From Tubulanus polymorphus (lineage: Eukaryota; Animalia; Nemertea), in the NCBI RefSeq assembly GCF_964204645.1, contig NC_134033.1:15012655-15076654 (forward strand): a stretch of 64,000 nt of DNA, read 5' to 3'. The notes under the pieces are model-generated. The model was not told the origin of the DNA. It ran no database searches and was given only the letters and a program-made list of their open reading frames with translations. The position numbers and the translations under genes were made by a program. Positions within the stretch are counted from its first letter, which is position 1; each line of letters begins with the position of its first letter. Below are positions 15,401 to 36,130 of the stretch, one piece after another.

Positions 15401-15518
15401 CTGCAGTTCTCCCTGAAATTTCTAGTTCTTATATCTAACGTTAAAGAATATCAATATCGATTGTAGTTAAATATAATTCTCAAACCTGATGAAAAACTGG
15501 TTGAACGAGAGACGCCAT
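9412..15518 (-). CDS. LRRC63: Leucine-rich repeat-containing protein 63-like (10 coding exons)
   Basis: Exons 15518-15486, 14756-14024, 13367-13106, 12557-12427, 12018-11849, 11555-11404, 10868-10785, 10697-10553, 10220-10126, 9625-9412; all GT-AG and phase-compatible. N-terminal KLLRKPRPPPPP, then ELAVLDSIVSGGTALSLKANFINQLPD, LRRs (LNLSFNDF, LKLRDNPI, LDLSYNRI, LNVDGNQL) and a C-terminal CDCC...CSPQC motif. This architecture matches my recollection of LRRC63. Confidence 0.8.
9792..9928. mobile_element. MITE with GGCCGGTTGCA..TGCAACTGGCC termini and TTAAGACC subrepeats
   Basis: Near-identical copy at 27848-27976; in both places it is followed by a second partial copy. Confidence 0.7.
12081..12240. 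mobile_element. Hairpin MITE in an LRRC63 intron
   Basis: CACAGTTGATGATTTAAGAATTTATTC ... GAATAAATTCTTAAATCATCAACTGTG, with ~65-bp imperfect arms. Confidence 0.7.
13448..13752. repeat. ~110-bp tandem repeat, about 2.8 copies, intronic
   Basis: Recurring AGACATT...TTGAAAATGAACTA...AACTGATCG..CACTTCA. Confidence 0.8.
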
Positions 15519-15527
15519 TTTAACAAC

Positions 15528-15541
15528 GTCGCTATGACGAC
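15528..15541. promoter_or_regulatory. RFX X-box-like palindrome GTCGCTATGACGAC just upstream of the LRRC63 ATG
   Basis: Close to the X-box consensus GTYNCYATRGNAAC, about 10 bp from the start codon; typical of ciliary/flagellar gene promoters. Confidence 0.5.
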
Positions 15542-16658
15542 TGAACTTAGACTGGTTGCCGGTTTCTCTACTCTTATTTAGACTGGTTGACTGTCAAATT
15601 CAATCAGTAGACTGGTGACCGGTCCCAACTGGACAGGTAACCAGTCTAAGTAAATATGAGGCACTTGCCACAGGTTGAAAAAATATTTGGAACGTGTTCG
15701 AACCCCCAAAATTACTCAATTTGTGATAGGGCATGATGTCGAAGGTGGTCAATCACGTAAAGACAACCAAACAGCTTTGAATCCGTACTAAAAAACTTCC
15801 AATGCATCAGAATGAAAAAACAACACTAAATACTTGATTATATAAAACATTTTATTTTTTAATGATATCATGCAACACCCTCTAAAATTACACATACAAA
15901 ATGGAGAGACTGATTTTAGTTCATCAAACGATGTCCTTAAAGAGTTAGAAATATAATTTAGATAGAATGTCTTTGACACAAAACATCTCTTTCACCAACA
16001 CCGAAAACATACAAAAACTGACTGACGACCTTTCTTCATAATCATCAGTAAACAAATGCACAATATCATAAATAAAGTAGAAGACTGCGCTTGGCTTCGT
16101 GATTAACACGAGACAAAATATTACAAATTTTCCTACTCCATAACATGATGACCGCGCAAACTGCCACAGAATGGGGTACCGGCACACACCAGATGGCGCA
16201 ACAATACACCAGGATTCAGTTCCACAGTGCTGAGTTAGAGTTAACTCTTGAGTTACAATCAATTCATTTCAACTCTTAAGTCAAATTTTAACTTACAGCT
16301 GTGGAACTGGGTCCTATGTAATTAGTTCATTTTCGATGAAAATATTTGAATGGGATTTTTAGGTTTCTGAATCTTGACAAATGAGTCATCAATGATTACA
16401 CTGTTAATCGATTGGATAAGTTGATTTGAAATCGGAATGTAGACGAAATTGAAACGCACTTGCTGAATACCCACTGTAGCGACACCTGGTGGATGTTTTT
16501 TTCGCCACAGTAGCAGTGCCGGTACGTATTCACTTGTTTCCTCGGAGAAATATTAATCGCTCCACGCACGAGATCGGAGCTAAGCGCAGTCTTTATACCG
16601 TCAACACTTCGCTTTGATTTTTCGCGTCGTTTTTCTCCGCTTATAAATCGAGTTTTTT

Positions 16659-19600
16659 TTACTTTTCTTTCTTCCCCGACGACAAACCGTCGCGTAGTTT
16701 TTTGATTTCCGGTTCGAAAAGGTCGTGACACAAAACGCCGTTCTCGTCGAAGAAATTCGCGACCGATTTCTTGATCGTCGTTTCGCGTTTTTGATTCGTC
16801 GTTCCGTCGAAATACGAGAACGTTAGATTATAAATATCGTCGTATCTGAAATAAACAACGAAGTTGGTGATTCCTGGGAATATGTTAGGAGTTTTCAAGG
16901 AGTTAACCCTTTCAGAGCTGGCTAATTAATATCCTATAGTGCTGAAGATAATTTGAGAATTCTGAAAAATTCCACCCCAGTGTGTTGAATAACGGGAATA
17001 GCACTATAGCGCGTCTACATCGCGGCACGGTGTATCGTTAGTTACTAATATTTCACTATGTTTGACAGGTGCTGCCATCTTTCAAGAGAGATAATTAGTA
17101 ATTACTAATTAAATCAATACACCGCAATGCGGTGTACTAGCAAAATCCATCACTGATTCACCGCACTGCAGTGTAGAGGCACTGAAAGGGTTAAAGGAGA
17201 AACTTTCAAAAAGAATTGTCTGCATCACTTTCATATCCTTATTACAGTCGACTCCTCCTAAATAGGTACTGTTTATCTCGGTAAACCGGTAATTGGTGGT
17301 TTTGTAAGGCTTAACGGAAATGATACCTCGTTTCTCCGCAGCGGCCGGGTCATATTTGTGAAATATAATAAAATTTGCAATCAGTTCATTTCTATAGCTG
17401 CTGGGTCTGTTATGGTAAAATTGATCACAATTTAAAATAGCAGTAATGTACAGGTTAGATAGGCGACTGGCTAGGTGAACTTTAGCTGAGAAACAGGGTA
17501 TCAATTTTTTTAGCCTAAGTTAATTTCTATCCTTTTTACACTAACTAAATTTGGTTCTGCCTAATTGGATATAAGTAAATCCACTAAATAGTTAAATATC
17601 TAAAGGTGTGGTTCCAGATTTCCAGATGGCAGATTGATAATTGCATAGCAAAGCACCGAAGTGCTTGTAAGATTTAGTTCAATTTCTACACTGTACCTTT
17701 TGATATAAGATGAAATCATCCATACATTATCAGGATCGATACCGGCTTTATCTTTCTCGCAACAGACCAGAAATATTCCCATTTCTGTGTACATCGTGTA
17801 TAGAGTCAATACGCCCATCATTACAAAATAACTTCACAATTCGTTAAAGAATCTATACGTTGAAGTGACAGAAAAACCAAACTTCTTCAAAAATTTCTTA
17901 AGTTGACACCAAAAAATTGAATTTTGCATCATAAAAGAAAACCCACAATATCAATAATTTAAACAACTGTTATTGTTTTTTCTAACGTTCATTATTCTTA
18001 TTTTTTGGGTGGAATCCTTCCAGCCATTTATTTTCAAACGTAAAAGTGACAGAAAAACCAAACAAAAATATTAAGTTGATGCCCAAAAAATAGAGATTTG
18101 AATTTAGTATCATTAAGCGAAACCCACAATAACAACTTAAACTGTTAGTGTTTTTTCTAACATTTCAGATGGAATCCTTCCAGCCATTTTCAGAATTTAT
18201 TTTCAAACGCAAGTTAAAAATAATAGCAGTTGTTTTAAATTGACGTTGTGGGTTTCTCTTAATGATATTCATCAAGACTACAAAAGTGATTGCCTGTACA
18301 GTAGGAGCCATCAGGACTCGAACCCGCCTGTCACTCAGCACTAGTCAATGCTACAGTATCACACCTCATATCCAATTGAGGACATTTACGTAGGTTTGCG
18401 TTGGTGTGAGTTTTCGATACCTAGTCAAATGATACCAAACAGATTGGAAGCTAGATTTTTTGTGTAAAAGGATACCTAAGTACGCAGAGGATTAGAATCG
18501 GTCTCGAAGCCGGGAACGGATTAAGATAATCCCAAACCAAGGCGAACATAGCGAACGCGACTCCTAAAGTACAAATCAGCAGTTTGCCGTCCATAATACC
18601 GGTCGATTCTGTGTACAGATATCTCTCAGTCATTATCTACAAAATACAGACAGCAAAAATTCATCGCGATGTTTTATTTAGAGGATTTCAATATTCATTG
18701 CTTATAGGGTAGATTTCTACAGAAACAGGGGGGCCACTTTCGTTTGACTTGCTTCCTGACATTTCACCGACTATTCCCTGACGTGAACGTTGTTTTCCCT
18801 GACTCTGACAGCTAAGAATCCAATCAATTAGTCAAATATGTAAAACATAGACTGAAATGGTATGATTTTACGAGTGATCTCAGCATATTTCCATTACTTT
18901 TCCCTGATTTTTAGCTTTTTTACTTAATCCCCCTACTTTTTTAAAGGAAAGAAAATTCCCCGAGTTTTCCTCCAGGTAAGTGGCGCCACCCTGAGGCAAA
19001 CGCAGAGTCTGGACTGCATAGAAATTTATCACATTTGAATAATCAGTGATTTTGATATTTCGAGATAAAATAGCTCAGGTTTGATAGAAGATATATGTAC
19101 ATATTTCAAGAGTTACAAATTCCATATTTCGAATAATACCTTCTTCACAGCATCATCCAGCGCATTTTTAAGGGCGGCTCCATCCCATTTATCGATCTTA
19201 ACCGGTTTACCATCGACCGACCACTGAAAAAATAAATCAACAAATTATTCATAGCTTTTTTTTTTAAATAGATTTTCTGACATATTTATCGGAGATACAT
19301 GCATAAGGGGCAGCACCGACATATACCAGCGGAGTTCGAGGGCGGCTTTCAAAAACCTATCTACGTTAACGATATTTCAGCGAAACTAAAAAAGCACCGA
19401 AAGAAACCAACACTTAGCCATTAACCACATACACTCCATAAAAAATAAAGCAAGCAAACAAAGCTGTAATAATAGTATTTAGAACGAGTATCATGGCGGG
19501 CGGGGGCACCACGTGTAAATAATCACCTGTATTTCAGGAACGGACTTCTTACCGTTGCCACTGGTAGTCGTCTAAAAATGTTACTTAACTATTATTATAA

Positions 19601-20745
19601 CTAATATAAAAGCATTTAACTACAGAGAGAGGGAGGGTCTGTGGAGAAGAGCACTAGAGATATCGGTTGTTACCCGTTATCTGGTATGGTATCCAGACTT
19701 GTTGAGCAGGTGGCTGGTTAGGTAATCATTGGCGGTAAGGTTTTATAATCGGATGGGATTTTTGTGAAAATATTCGATCGTGAAAGTAAACCACAGACAG
19801 GTTCTGACTGGTGGCTGGCACTGGCTTTAATAAGGAGTCATAGATAAGCCTATTTTGTATTTCTAAAGGCTTGTGAAATTACCTACCCATGTCGTAAACC
19901 AGTCCAGTAAATACCGAACATGAAACATGGCTACTCCATACTAACGATACATTTTAAGGATTAGACTCGCACGAGTTATGGTTATGGAAATAACCATTAA
20001 TAATTAGGCCTTATATCATTATAAAAGCAATGAACAGTTTAAGTCAAGTGGACAATGCAGTATCAGTATCCGTCCATCCTCACTCGCCAGGGTTTGATTA
20101 TCTCCAGCTGAAGTTAATGCCAACACAAACCCTTCATTAGTCTATTACATTGATTTCATGGGCGGACAGCGGGGTGCCGCTAAGCTAAGGGTCTGCATAT
20201 AAGATACAGCCAGGGTTTGTGAGTTGTGGGCTTTGTCAGGAAATCAAATCCATGGCAACCATGGATGGTATAACTAGGTTACCCATGGTAACGATTCCAG
20301 GCATTTATTTCCAGACATTTATTTATTGTCCCTCCAACTTTTTTACAATGCATGATAATGATGGACGTTTTCACTTTCTTTCATCGGTTCAAAGACATAC
20401 ACGATTTTAAAATTCTAGTTTATATACGCCCACGGTTCAGTGACAGTTGTTATGCGTGTGTGGCACCGTAGCGGGTCCAAATTCAACAAAAAGTCAAAAG
20501 TTTGATTATGATTGTGGAGGAACAACCGCGGGGGCCGGGTCTGTATTGATTCCATATGCCGGTACATAATGTCCTGTTTCTAACTCTATGCGCAGAACTA
20601 CACATTCAAACTACATTTTTTGAATATATTTCATCTTACTCTACAAGTTCAGGTATCAATCAGCAACGCATTCGCAATATCTTCAGAGAAAATGATGATT
20701 TCTTACCTTGAAAGCGGATTGTTGCTTCGTGTCTTTAGACGCCAT
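16659..20745 (-). CDS. SPCS2: Signal peptidase complex subunit 2 (SPC25/SPCS2), 5 exons
   Basis: Exons 20745-20707, 19223-19140, 18636-18476, 17831-17697, 16845-16659. Translation includes [56 protein letters not shown] and KSVANFFDENG, all diagnostic of SPCS2. Confidence 0.95.
16907..17190. mobile_element. Non-autonomous piggyBac-like element
   Basis: TTAA|CCCTTTCAG ... CTGAAAGGG|TTAA; a highly similar copy in the opposite orientation lies at 43285-43563. Confidence 0.85.
17832..18475 (-). other. U12-type (minor spliceosome) GT-AG intron, SPCS2 intron 3
   Basis: 5' splice site GTATCCTTTT (18475-18466); branch site TTCTTTAAC (17851-17843) followed by 11 nt ending in AG; no polypyrimidine tract. 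Confidence 0.92.
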
Positions 20746-22326
20746 TTTTATTTTCTGACGTCACGATATCGATCGGGTTCGAATCCTAATTAGTCTTTTG
20801 CTGGAAGATTGATATTTATATATCATCAACAACAGTATTTCTAACAAGTATTTATCCTAACATAGAAATATACTATGGACCCACAATAAAATAATTGTCA
20901 ACATCTCCAACGTTACTGTGGCAATCGAGGCAATTTTCATTCTATCCATTGTCAATCAGGTTCGAATCCCATTTTAACTCTACTAAGTAGAACACCTAAC
21001 TAATCATTCACAACTGCACAACCACGAAAATGCATAAACGTACTCCTCAGGAACAAATAGATTGAATCATCATAGAAATCATTCTCCTCTTCAGCCACAA
21101 ATAAACTTAAGTCTTAAATAGTTGTGTACATAGCATTTATTAGAAATATACAGAGGCGATTTTTCAAAAGTTTTAGGAATATTTCGCATATCAGTAATTT
21201 TTTTACGAACAAAAGAAAAAAAAGTTTCTCCTTAAATGCTTCAAAGCAAAGTGTATATAATCCCCATGATTACTAAAGGTCTTCATTATTCTTTTGACCG
21301 CATGAAAATTTCAGGGAAAAAATCACGATCAAATTAAAATAATCTAATCCAATTACAAGATAATTACGATTAAATGCATTCCATTTCATTTATATTTTTG
21401 CAAAAACAATTTCCATCATTTTAGAAAACTTGTTTTAATCCTAATCAGTTTATCCGGGTTTTCTAAATATATACAGCTTTTTAATGATCTGAACCCTGTT
21501 CTACAGTTCACAGTCGAGTTGAAATTATTAGCTCACTTCAAATGACCCTAACTGTCGAACTGGCCGACGGACCCAGTTCACGGCTCATGGTAAACCTCCA
21601 AAATTAAAATTACGAAGTTCGCCATCCATTTTAATGCTACTGCTCGCTAAAATGCCAACATTTTCCAGAGAACAAATTTGCTCAATCTATCTCAAAATCA
21701 TCGCAAAAACTGGATTCCTTATAATGCTGCCAAATTCATTATAACGCCATGTGTTTTTATTGGTCCCAACCGCGACATTACGACAGGACTTTAACTGTAA
21801 TTCATTTCAAATGCTTAAACGGTTTAGTCAAATTGAACCGTGAAACTCGATCATGGGATTACGCAATTTCTTACCGACTCGTTTGAACCGGAATCCTGGA
21901 CACCCCCACCATTCACACACTACAAACCTCAAGAGCATGTACGCCAACTGAACATAACATAATTATAGTAATAGTTGTATCTTTTTACTTAAAATGCGAC
22001 TTATAAAATAGAATACTCTCTAAAACAGCAAACTCCTTTTTCATTTCAAACTCCTTTCGTCAATTACCTCACAAAGAATAGAGATAGTTATTTGATACAA
22101 AACCACCTCGGTTTAGTCTCTGAGTTAATTATACTAATTAATGACAATATTAATTAAGATTAACTAATTACACGGATTAATTAATAAACAATGTAACTCG
22201 TTTCACACTCATAACCATCACTGACCGACCGTGACCCGGTTAATCGACATCCCACTTACACACGGCTTTCACCAAGCCCTCGGTTCAACAATAATCAACA
22301 ATCCAATAAAAATTTAGTTAATTATT

Positions 22327-29988
<7,662 letters not shown>

Positions 29989-29995
29989 ACTTTCC

Positions 29996-30001
29996 CACGT
30001 G
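29996..30001. promoter_or_regulatory. Myc/Max E-box CACGTG immediately upstream of the DKC1 ATG
   Basis: CCACGTGG about 8 bp from the start codon; a start-proximal E-box is an established feature of animal ribosome-biogenesis genes. Confidence 0.6.
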
Positions 30002-33000
30002 GAGCTGCGCGCGCCTATATCAAATATTGAAGAGATATTTAATTTCGCGACTTTTGAAAATCGTTAAGAAAATAAACAAAAAAAATTCTATATAATAATT
30101 TTATGATTCTTCTTTGAAAACAATTCTTTAACAAGATGATTACCAAGATTACCAAGTTTATCAGTTGAAAAAAATAGTTAAATCCGCAAAAATTACCATC
30201 TTTAGCCTGCAATAATTGGGTTCGAATCCCGTTGTTGGATGATCGCAAGACTTCATATTCTATCGAATTACTCATAAGACTTACGAGTTACGATTTACGA
30301 ATTACGACTTACGTTTTACGAGTTACCACAGGGACCTGACAAAAAAAATTTTGACCCCAGTATCCTAGGTACTATCAAAAATACATGTATTTTGGTACTA
30401 TATATAATTATTATTTGTAAAACTTTCGAAATCTGTCGAGAACGACATGTGTTGGTTCTCTTATATGATTCGTTGATGTCTCTCTTATATGATTAGTTGC
30501 TGTTTCGCGCCATGTGTACTATACTGTAACCTTATACTGTGGTAATAAAGTTAGATGTTGTTTAGATTCACAAAATACAACACGCTCTTCGACTTTACTC
30601 CTTCGGATCTGGTCAACTCTCTGTGGTGATAGTCACTCCATCACAAAATCCAACTTATCTACCATCCCCGGCCACATAATCAATTATTATCTAGAGATGT
30701 AATCAACACGATCCCTACTAGATTTTGGTCAATGTCACCGTGTCACACTGCTTTCTCCGTCCTCTTCTCGAATTCGAATCGTGCGACTTTTTCCGTCAAC
30801 AAATGTCAACCGGCCCAGTGTTATGTGCAAAGTCGTTTGGTTTTGCCATTGAATCACATAATCACACAATCATGTCTTCCGAACGTGTAAAAGTTTGCCA
30901 GTTGGTGGGATTATTTATTGGGTTGGAAAAAAGAAGTACATTGCAAGAATAAAACACAGGGGCCCCTATCAGAGTTGTAGGTAGTATAAAAACTGTTTGA
31001 TTAACAGATTATCTTTTTTACACTACCTACAACTCCATTGGGATCCCTGGGTGAAACTGATTGGCCAACAGCAATGCCCACCGCCCAGTTTGATAAAAAG
31101 GTTTAACACTTAAATCGATTCCATTTCTTCACTCATTCAGTTTATCTTAAATCGATTTAGGCCTTTATCCAGGAGTTGCTATATTAAACTTAACAAATTT
31201 CAAAATCAATCATATTTATTCTCATACAACAATTATACAAAATGTCAGGTTTGTGCTCGAGGAATTGTAACGTAAGCTCCTCAAACACTGGACTTTCAAA
31301 AACTAGTCCAACCACCATAGGCGTATAAACTATAAACGAGAGTTTATACGCCCATGGTCCAACCATAGACTCTAAAACAAAAAAGTTTATGGCCCAACCA
31401 TGGACTCAATAGTCCATGGCTCTTGACTAAAACCAGAGATAAACCTGGCCAAATACTCTGGAAAGCGCAGCATCGTTTTATTCACGCAACAATAATATCT
31501 TAACCGAGGAATCATCATGCAAGTTCCTAATTTACAAACACGGGAACTGTGTTACAATAACAGTCTCCAACATAAAAGCATTAAAACTAGAGATGAGAAA
31601 CTCGGATTTACTCTGGAAATCTTAGTATAAATTAATCAGTCTTAATTTCGTTTTCATTAACATTACTTTCACTAGAAAACTAGAATTTTGCCAACTTTGC
31701 CCCGACTTAAAGATTACCTAACACCTTGACATTACAAACTAAGTATTCTGACGTTTTTTCTTCCAGCTTTGAAAAGATCAACGTAATTATACAATCGGTA
31801 ACTAATCAATAACACCAATAACTAAGTTTATAGCTGTTAAAACAATGTTAAAACGTTAAAAATTAGTCCTAGCTATAACTTTATGCCTTGTTATTCCTAG
31901 CTTTACCTCTCAAATGTAAATAATGGTCTCCTTTCAGATAAAGCTTTAGTTTTCAAATACGTAGATATGATCATCAAACAGATTGATGGAGGCTTAAATT
32001 GAAATCTACGATTTGTTTCAAATTTTTCAAATTGGTTACCTTCGAAAATATCGATGCCGTCAAATTTGTACATCTACAATTCAGCAAATAGTTAATATTT
32101 GTACATCAACACTGGTCTAACGTTATGTTCTATGTTTCCTAACTATGTGATATCTACACGGACAAATAGCCACAGTTGACTATGTTTAACTATGGTAAGT
32201 TGGAAGATTAAACTCACAATTCATGTTGAAACTATATCTCAGTTTAGGAGTTAACTCAACAGACCTACATGTCAAAACTAGGCACTCAACATGACATTTA
32301 CCCCTAGTGACTAACTTAACTTGATCTATCTATCGACCAAGGATCGAAGACCAAAATCGTGCATTAATGGAACTTAGCTTTTATTAGACTCTCACATTGC
32401 ATAAACATTATCAAATAGTTTCCTCGAAAACACTATATTATCCATCAGACTGGTTTGAAAAAGGTGATAAGCAAAAAATCAATACTTTACTACAGAAGTC
32501 GGCTATTGTCTTCGCCGCTCCTGGATTTCAGTGTTTATAACATGCACTATTATCTATGCTGCTCCTAATAAGATACACTATTGTCTTTGCTGCTTTTAAA
32601 ACAGTGTTTATCCTGAATCAGTGTTTATCCATTAGCTTTGTCGCTTGAATCAGTGTTTATAAGATTCACTATTGTCTCTGCTGCTCCTGATATTTAATGT
32701 TTTAAAGAAATTAACCACCGATTGTAGAAGAATCCATCGTTGAGTGAATAATTTGTTGCTGGTTCCTCAACTTTTCATCTGGGCTTCTGCAGTTTTCATC
32801 AGCAAATGGGTCGATCAGTATTCATCTACTTGTGTCTTCTTCCGGCCAATTTTTTTCGAGATGTAGTTTGGCTGAAACAAAGTGAAGAAAGCAAAACATT
32901 TCAGACAGATTTATCATAATTTACGTGTCATTTCAAATTACAAGCCACCCTGTTTTTCACAAAGTAAAATTCATTGACGTCAATTGCTGATTTAAACCCA

Positions 33001-35069
33001 AATAATTAATTGCAGTAGTAGGACTAGTTCATCACTGTTTAAGACTAGTGAAGATAAGTTCAGCCATGTCGACCGGTAAATAGATTTTTATGATAGCCAC
33101 TTATTAAATGATATTCATATGAGGACTGAAATTTCTATATACAGGTAATTTCATGTATATCAACTTACCTTTAAAGATTGCTGGGTTCAGTTCTGGTCTT
33201 TTCTGTGCACCGTTCCAGTTTGTAGATTTTGGACGAGTAGTTGATCTCAAGCTGGGCTTTTTCTTATAGTTGAAATTCAGCTGCAACGATTAAAAGAAGA
33301 TATCCTGTAATGAAAAAATATTTCATTTAGAATTTATCGAAATAATTCCATGTATATCAAGTTACCTTTTATGATTGCTTGGTTATCGGCGATTATCCTA
33401 TCAGTTGGATAGTTAGTTGGCCTCATCTGTGCACTGTTCCAGTTTGTAGATTTTGGACGAGTAGTTGATTTGAAGTTCAATTTTTTCTCATAGTTGAAAT
33501 TTAGCTGCAATGATTAAAAGAAGATATCCTGTAATGACAAAATATTTCATTTAGAATTTATCTAATAATTTCCATAAAAAATCAACTTACATTTCAAGTT
33601 TGCTGGGTTCAGTATCGGTTAGAAAACAATTGGTTGATGCAATTGGTTGATGCATTTGATTCAAGCTTGGATTGTTCAGTGGGCAGAGCTTATCTGTAGA
33701 TATTTGATGAGTCGTTGATTTAACGCTGGGCAGTTTCATACAGATAGGATTTAGCTGAAATGAGCAAAGATATCCTGTAATGACAAAATATTTCATTTAG
33801 AATTTATCGAAATAATTCCACATATATCAAGTTACCTATTATGCTTGGGTCCTTATCGGCGATTATCTTATTAGTTGGTTAGTTAGTTGGCCTCATCTGT
33901 GCACTGTTCCAGTTGGTCGATTTTGGACGAGTAGTAGATCTCAAACTGGGTTTTTCTCATACCGGTAGTTGAAATTTAGCTGCAATGATTAAATGAAGAT
34001 ATCCTGTAAAGACAAAATATTTCATTTAGAATTTATCGAAAAAATGGCAACACTTCCAGGAAGGATGGAACTTTTATATATTTCAATTCCAAGTATGCAA
34101 ATTCTCATATATGAAAACGTGCCATTACTTAGTGCTAAAAAGCAGGTTTTTACGAGTTTTTCAAGAATACGTCCCCTACTATAACTAGATCACTATGAAA
34201 TTTTTGTGGGCTCGAGAACTCATTAAGCCAAACCATGACACCAAAATCAACACTATTGGTTCAACAGCCAATGTTTGTGCCTTGTTGACACACCGGTACT
34301 CTATTCATTTTCAATGAAAACTGCTTCTCCAGACCATTTACATAGGCAAACATACAGTTCGCCAAAAATCAACTTACATTTCAAGTTTGCTGGGTTCAGT
34401 ATCGGTTAAAATGTTCTAAGTTCGTATCAAATATCAAATTACCTTTTATGATGGCTGGGTTCATTATCGGAGGATCTCCTAAGTTGGTTGGTTGAGTTTC
34501 ATCCAAATTGGCCCCTTCTGTGCACTTTTCTCTAATCAGCAGATCTTAGTTGATGAGCTCTCCTGTCGACTTTTTGAGTTGGTGTCCCTTACGATCGTGA
34601 CACACCTGCCAGGAGCGAAACAGGCGGGAATCGAAGTACAGATATAGTTGTGTGATCGTCGGTCGATTTTACATAATTTTTTTTCGATAATTTTACAATA
34701 TTTGGTCTTTTTTTCATGTAGTCCGAAAGTTTACAAGGTTGAAGATAATTTTGTCTAATTTTTTTTTTCGAAATCGAAATACAGATATAGTTGTGTGATC
34801 GTCAGTCGATTTTACATCATTTTTTTCGGAATCGAAGTACTTCTTTGTCTTCTTGGGTTTCGTCGAAGCTGAAATTGAGAAAAAGAAAAACATTTTGTAG
34901 TCACACATTTCTTCATCATTAATCCTAATTTACGTGGGTATCAACTTAACTTTCAAGATTGCCGAGTTCAGTATTTTTTTCGGCATCTTCTGTAGTCGCC
35001 TTCTAGCATCTTCTTCTTCAACTTCTTGGGAGTCCTGAAATGAAAAAAAGAGAAGAGCGATGAAAACCT

Positions 35070-36130
35070 GGTACGGAACAAAACTAATGTTCGAAAGCTT
35101 TTCAGCTCTCCGTCGCCGGTCACATGCCGAGAACACCAGACAATGAGCCAGCCAGGAATATACTGCCCTCTACACGCCCTCACACAGAACGCGAAAACCA
35201 GAATGACAACGCCTCACATTCCCCATCTAACTGCAGGATGTACTGGGCGATGTCAGTAACTGACACACCTGTAAAATTGCACGAAACACAAATAGCGCAG
35301 TACAACCAGCTTGACCGGGTTGAGATTCAGGATCTCAACTAGCACTCAAAAGCGTGACAAGAGACTTCATCCACTGACCGAGGTTGTCACAAGGACACAA
35401 TGAAACTAGCACTCACAAGCCGACAAGAGACTTCATCCACTGACCGAGGTTGTCACAAGGACACAATGAAAACTAGCAATCAAACTAGAAATCAAAGAGC
35501 GTGACAGTAGAATCATCCCTCAGCCGACTCAGAATACCAGAAACAAAGAGCGTGACAGTAGAATCATCCCTCATCCGGGCGATTGATACTAGTTGAGATT
35601 CAGGATCTCAACTAGCACTCAAAAGCGTGACAAGAGACTTCATCCACTGACCGAGGTTGTCACAAGGACACAATGAAACTAGCACTCACAAGCCGACAAG
35701 AGACTTCATCCACTGACCGAGGTTGTCACAAGGACACAATGAAAACTAGCAATCAAACTAGAAATCAAAGAGCGTGACAGTAGAATCATCCCTCAGCCTA
35801 CTCAGAATACCAGAAACAAAGAGCGTGACAGTAGAATCATCCCTCATCCGGGCGGTCACAAGGACACAATGAATGCTAGTAGCGTGACAATCCAGTATAA
35901 CCGCTCCATTTGTATCCCGCGCAATCCCACAGATATGCCCGTCATTGACATCACTCAGCACACTTTGTAGATAGGTGGGGGCAGTGAGGCCTCGTCATCC
36001 TGGTTTTCGTGTTCCGTATGAGGGCGTGTAGAGGGCAGCCATTTCCTGACCGACGCTTTGTCTGACATCCTCGACACGTGACCGGCGAAGGAGAGCTGAC
36101 GCTTTCGGACATTAGTTTTGTTCCAGCAAA
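35070..36130. mobile_element. Two diverged RTE-like LINE C-terminal fragments in inverted orientation (~35070-35260 + and ~35940-36130 -), flanking a ~275-bp tandem duplication
   Basis: Translations QLSVAGHMPRTPDNEPARNIL and RKRQLSFAGHVSRMSD resemble the RTE C-terminal motif RRLRWAGHxxRM; shared core CTGCCCTCTACACGCCCTCA. Confidence 0.5.
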
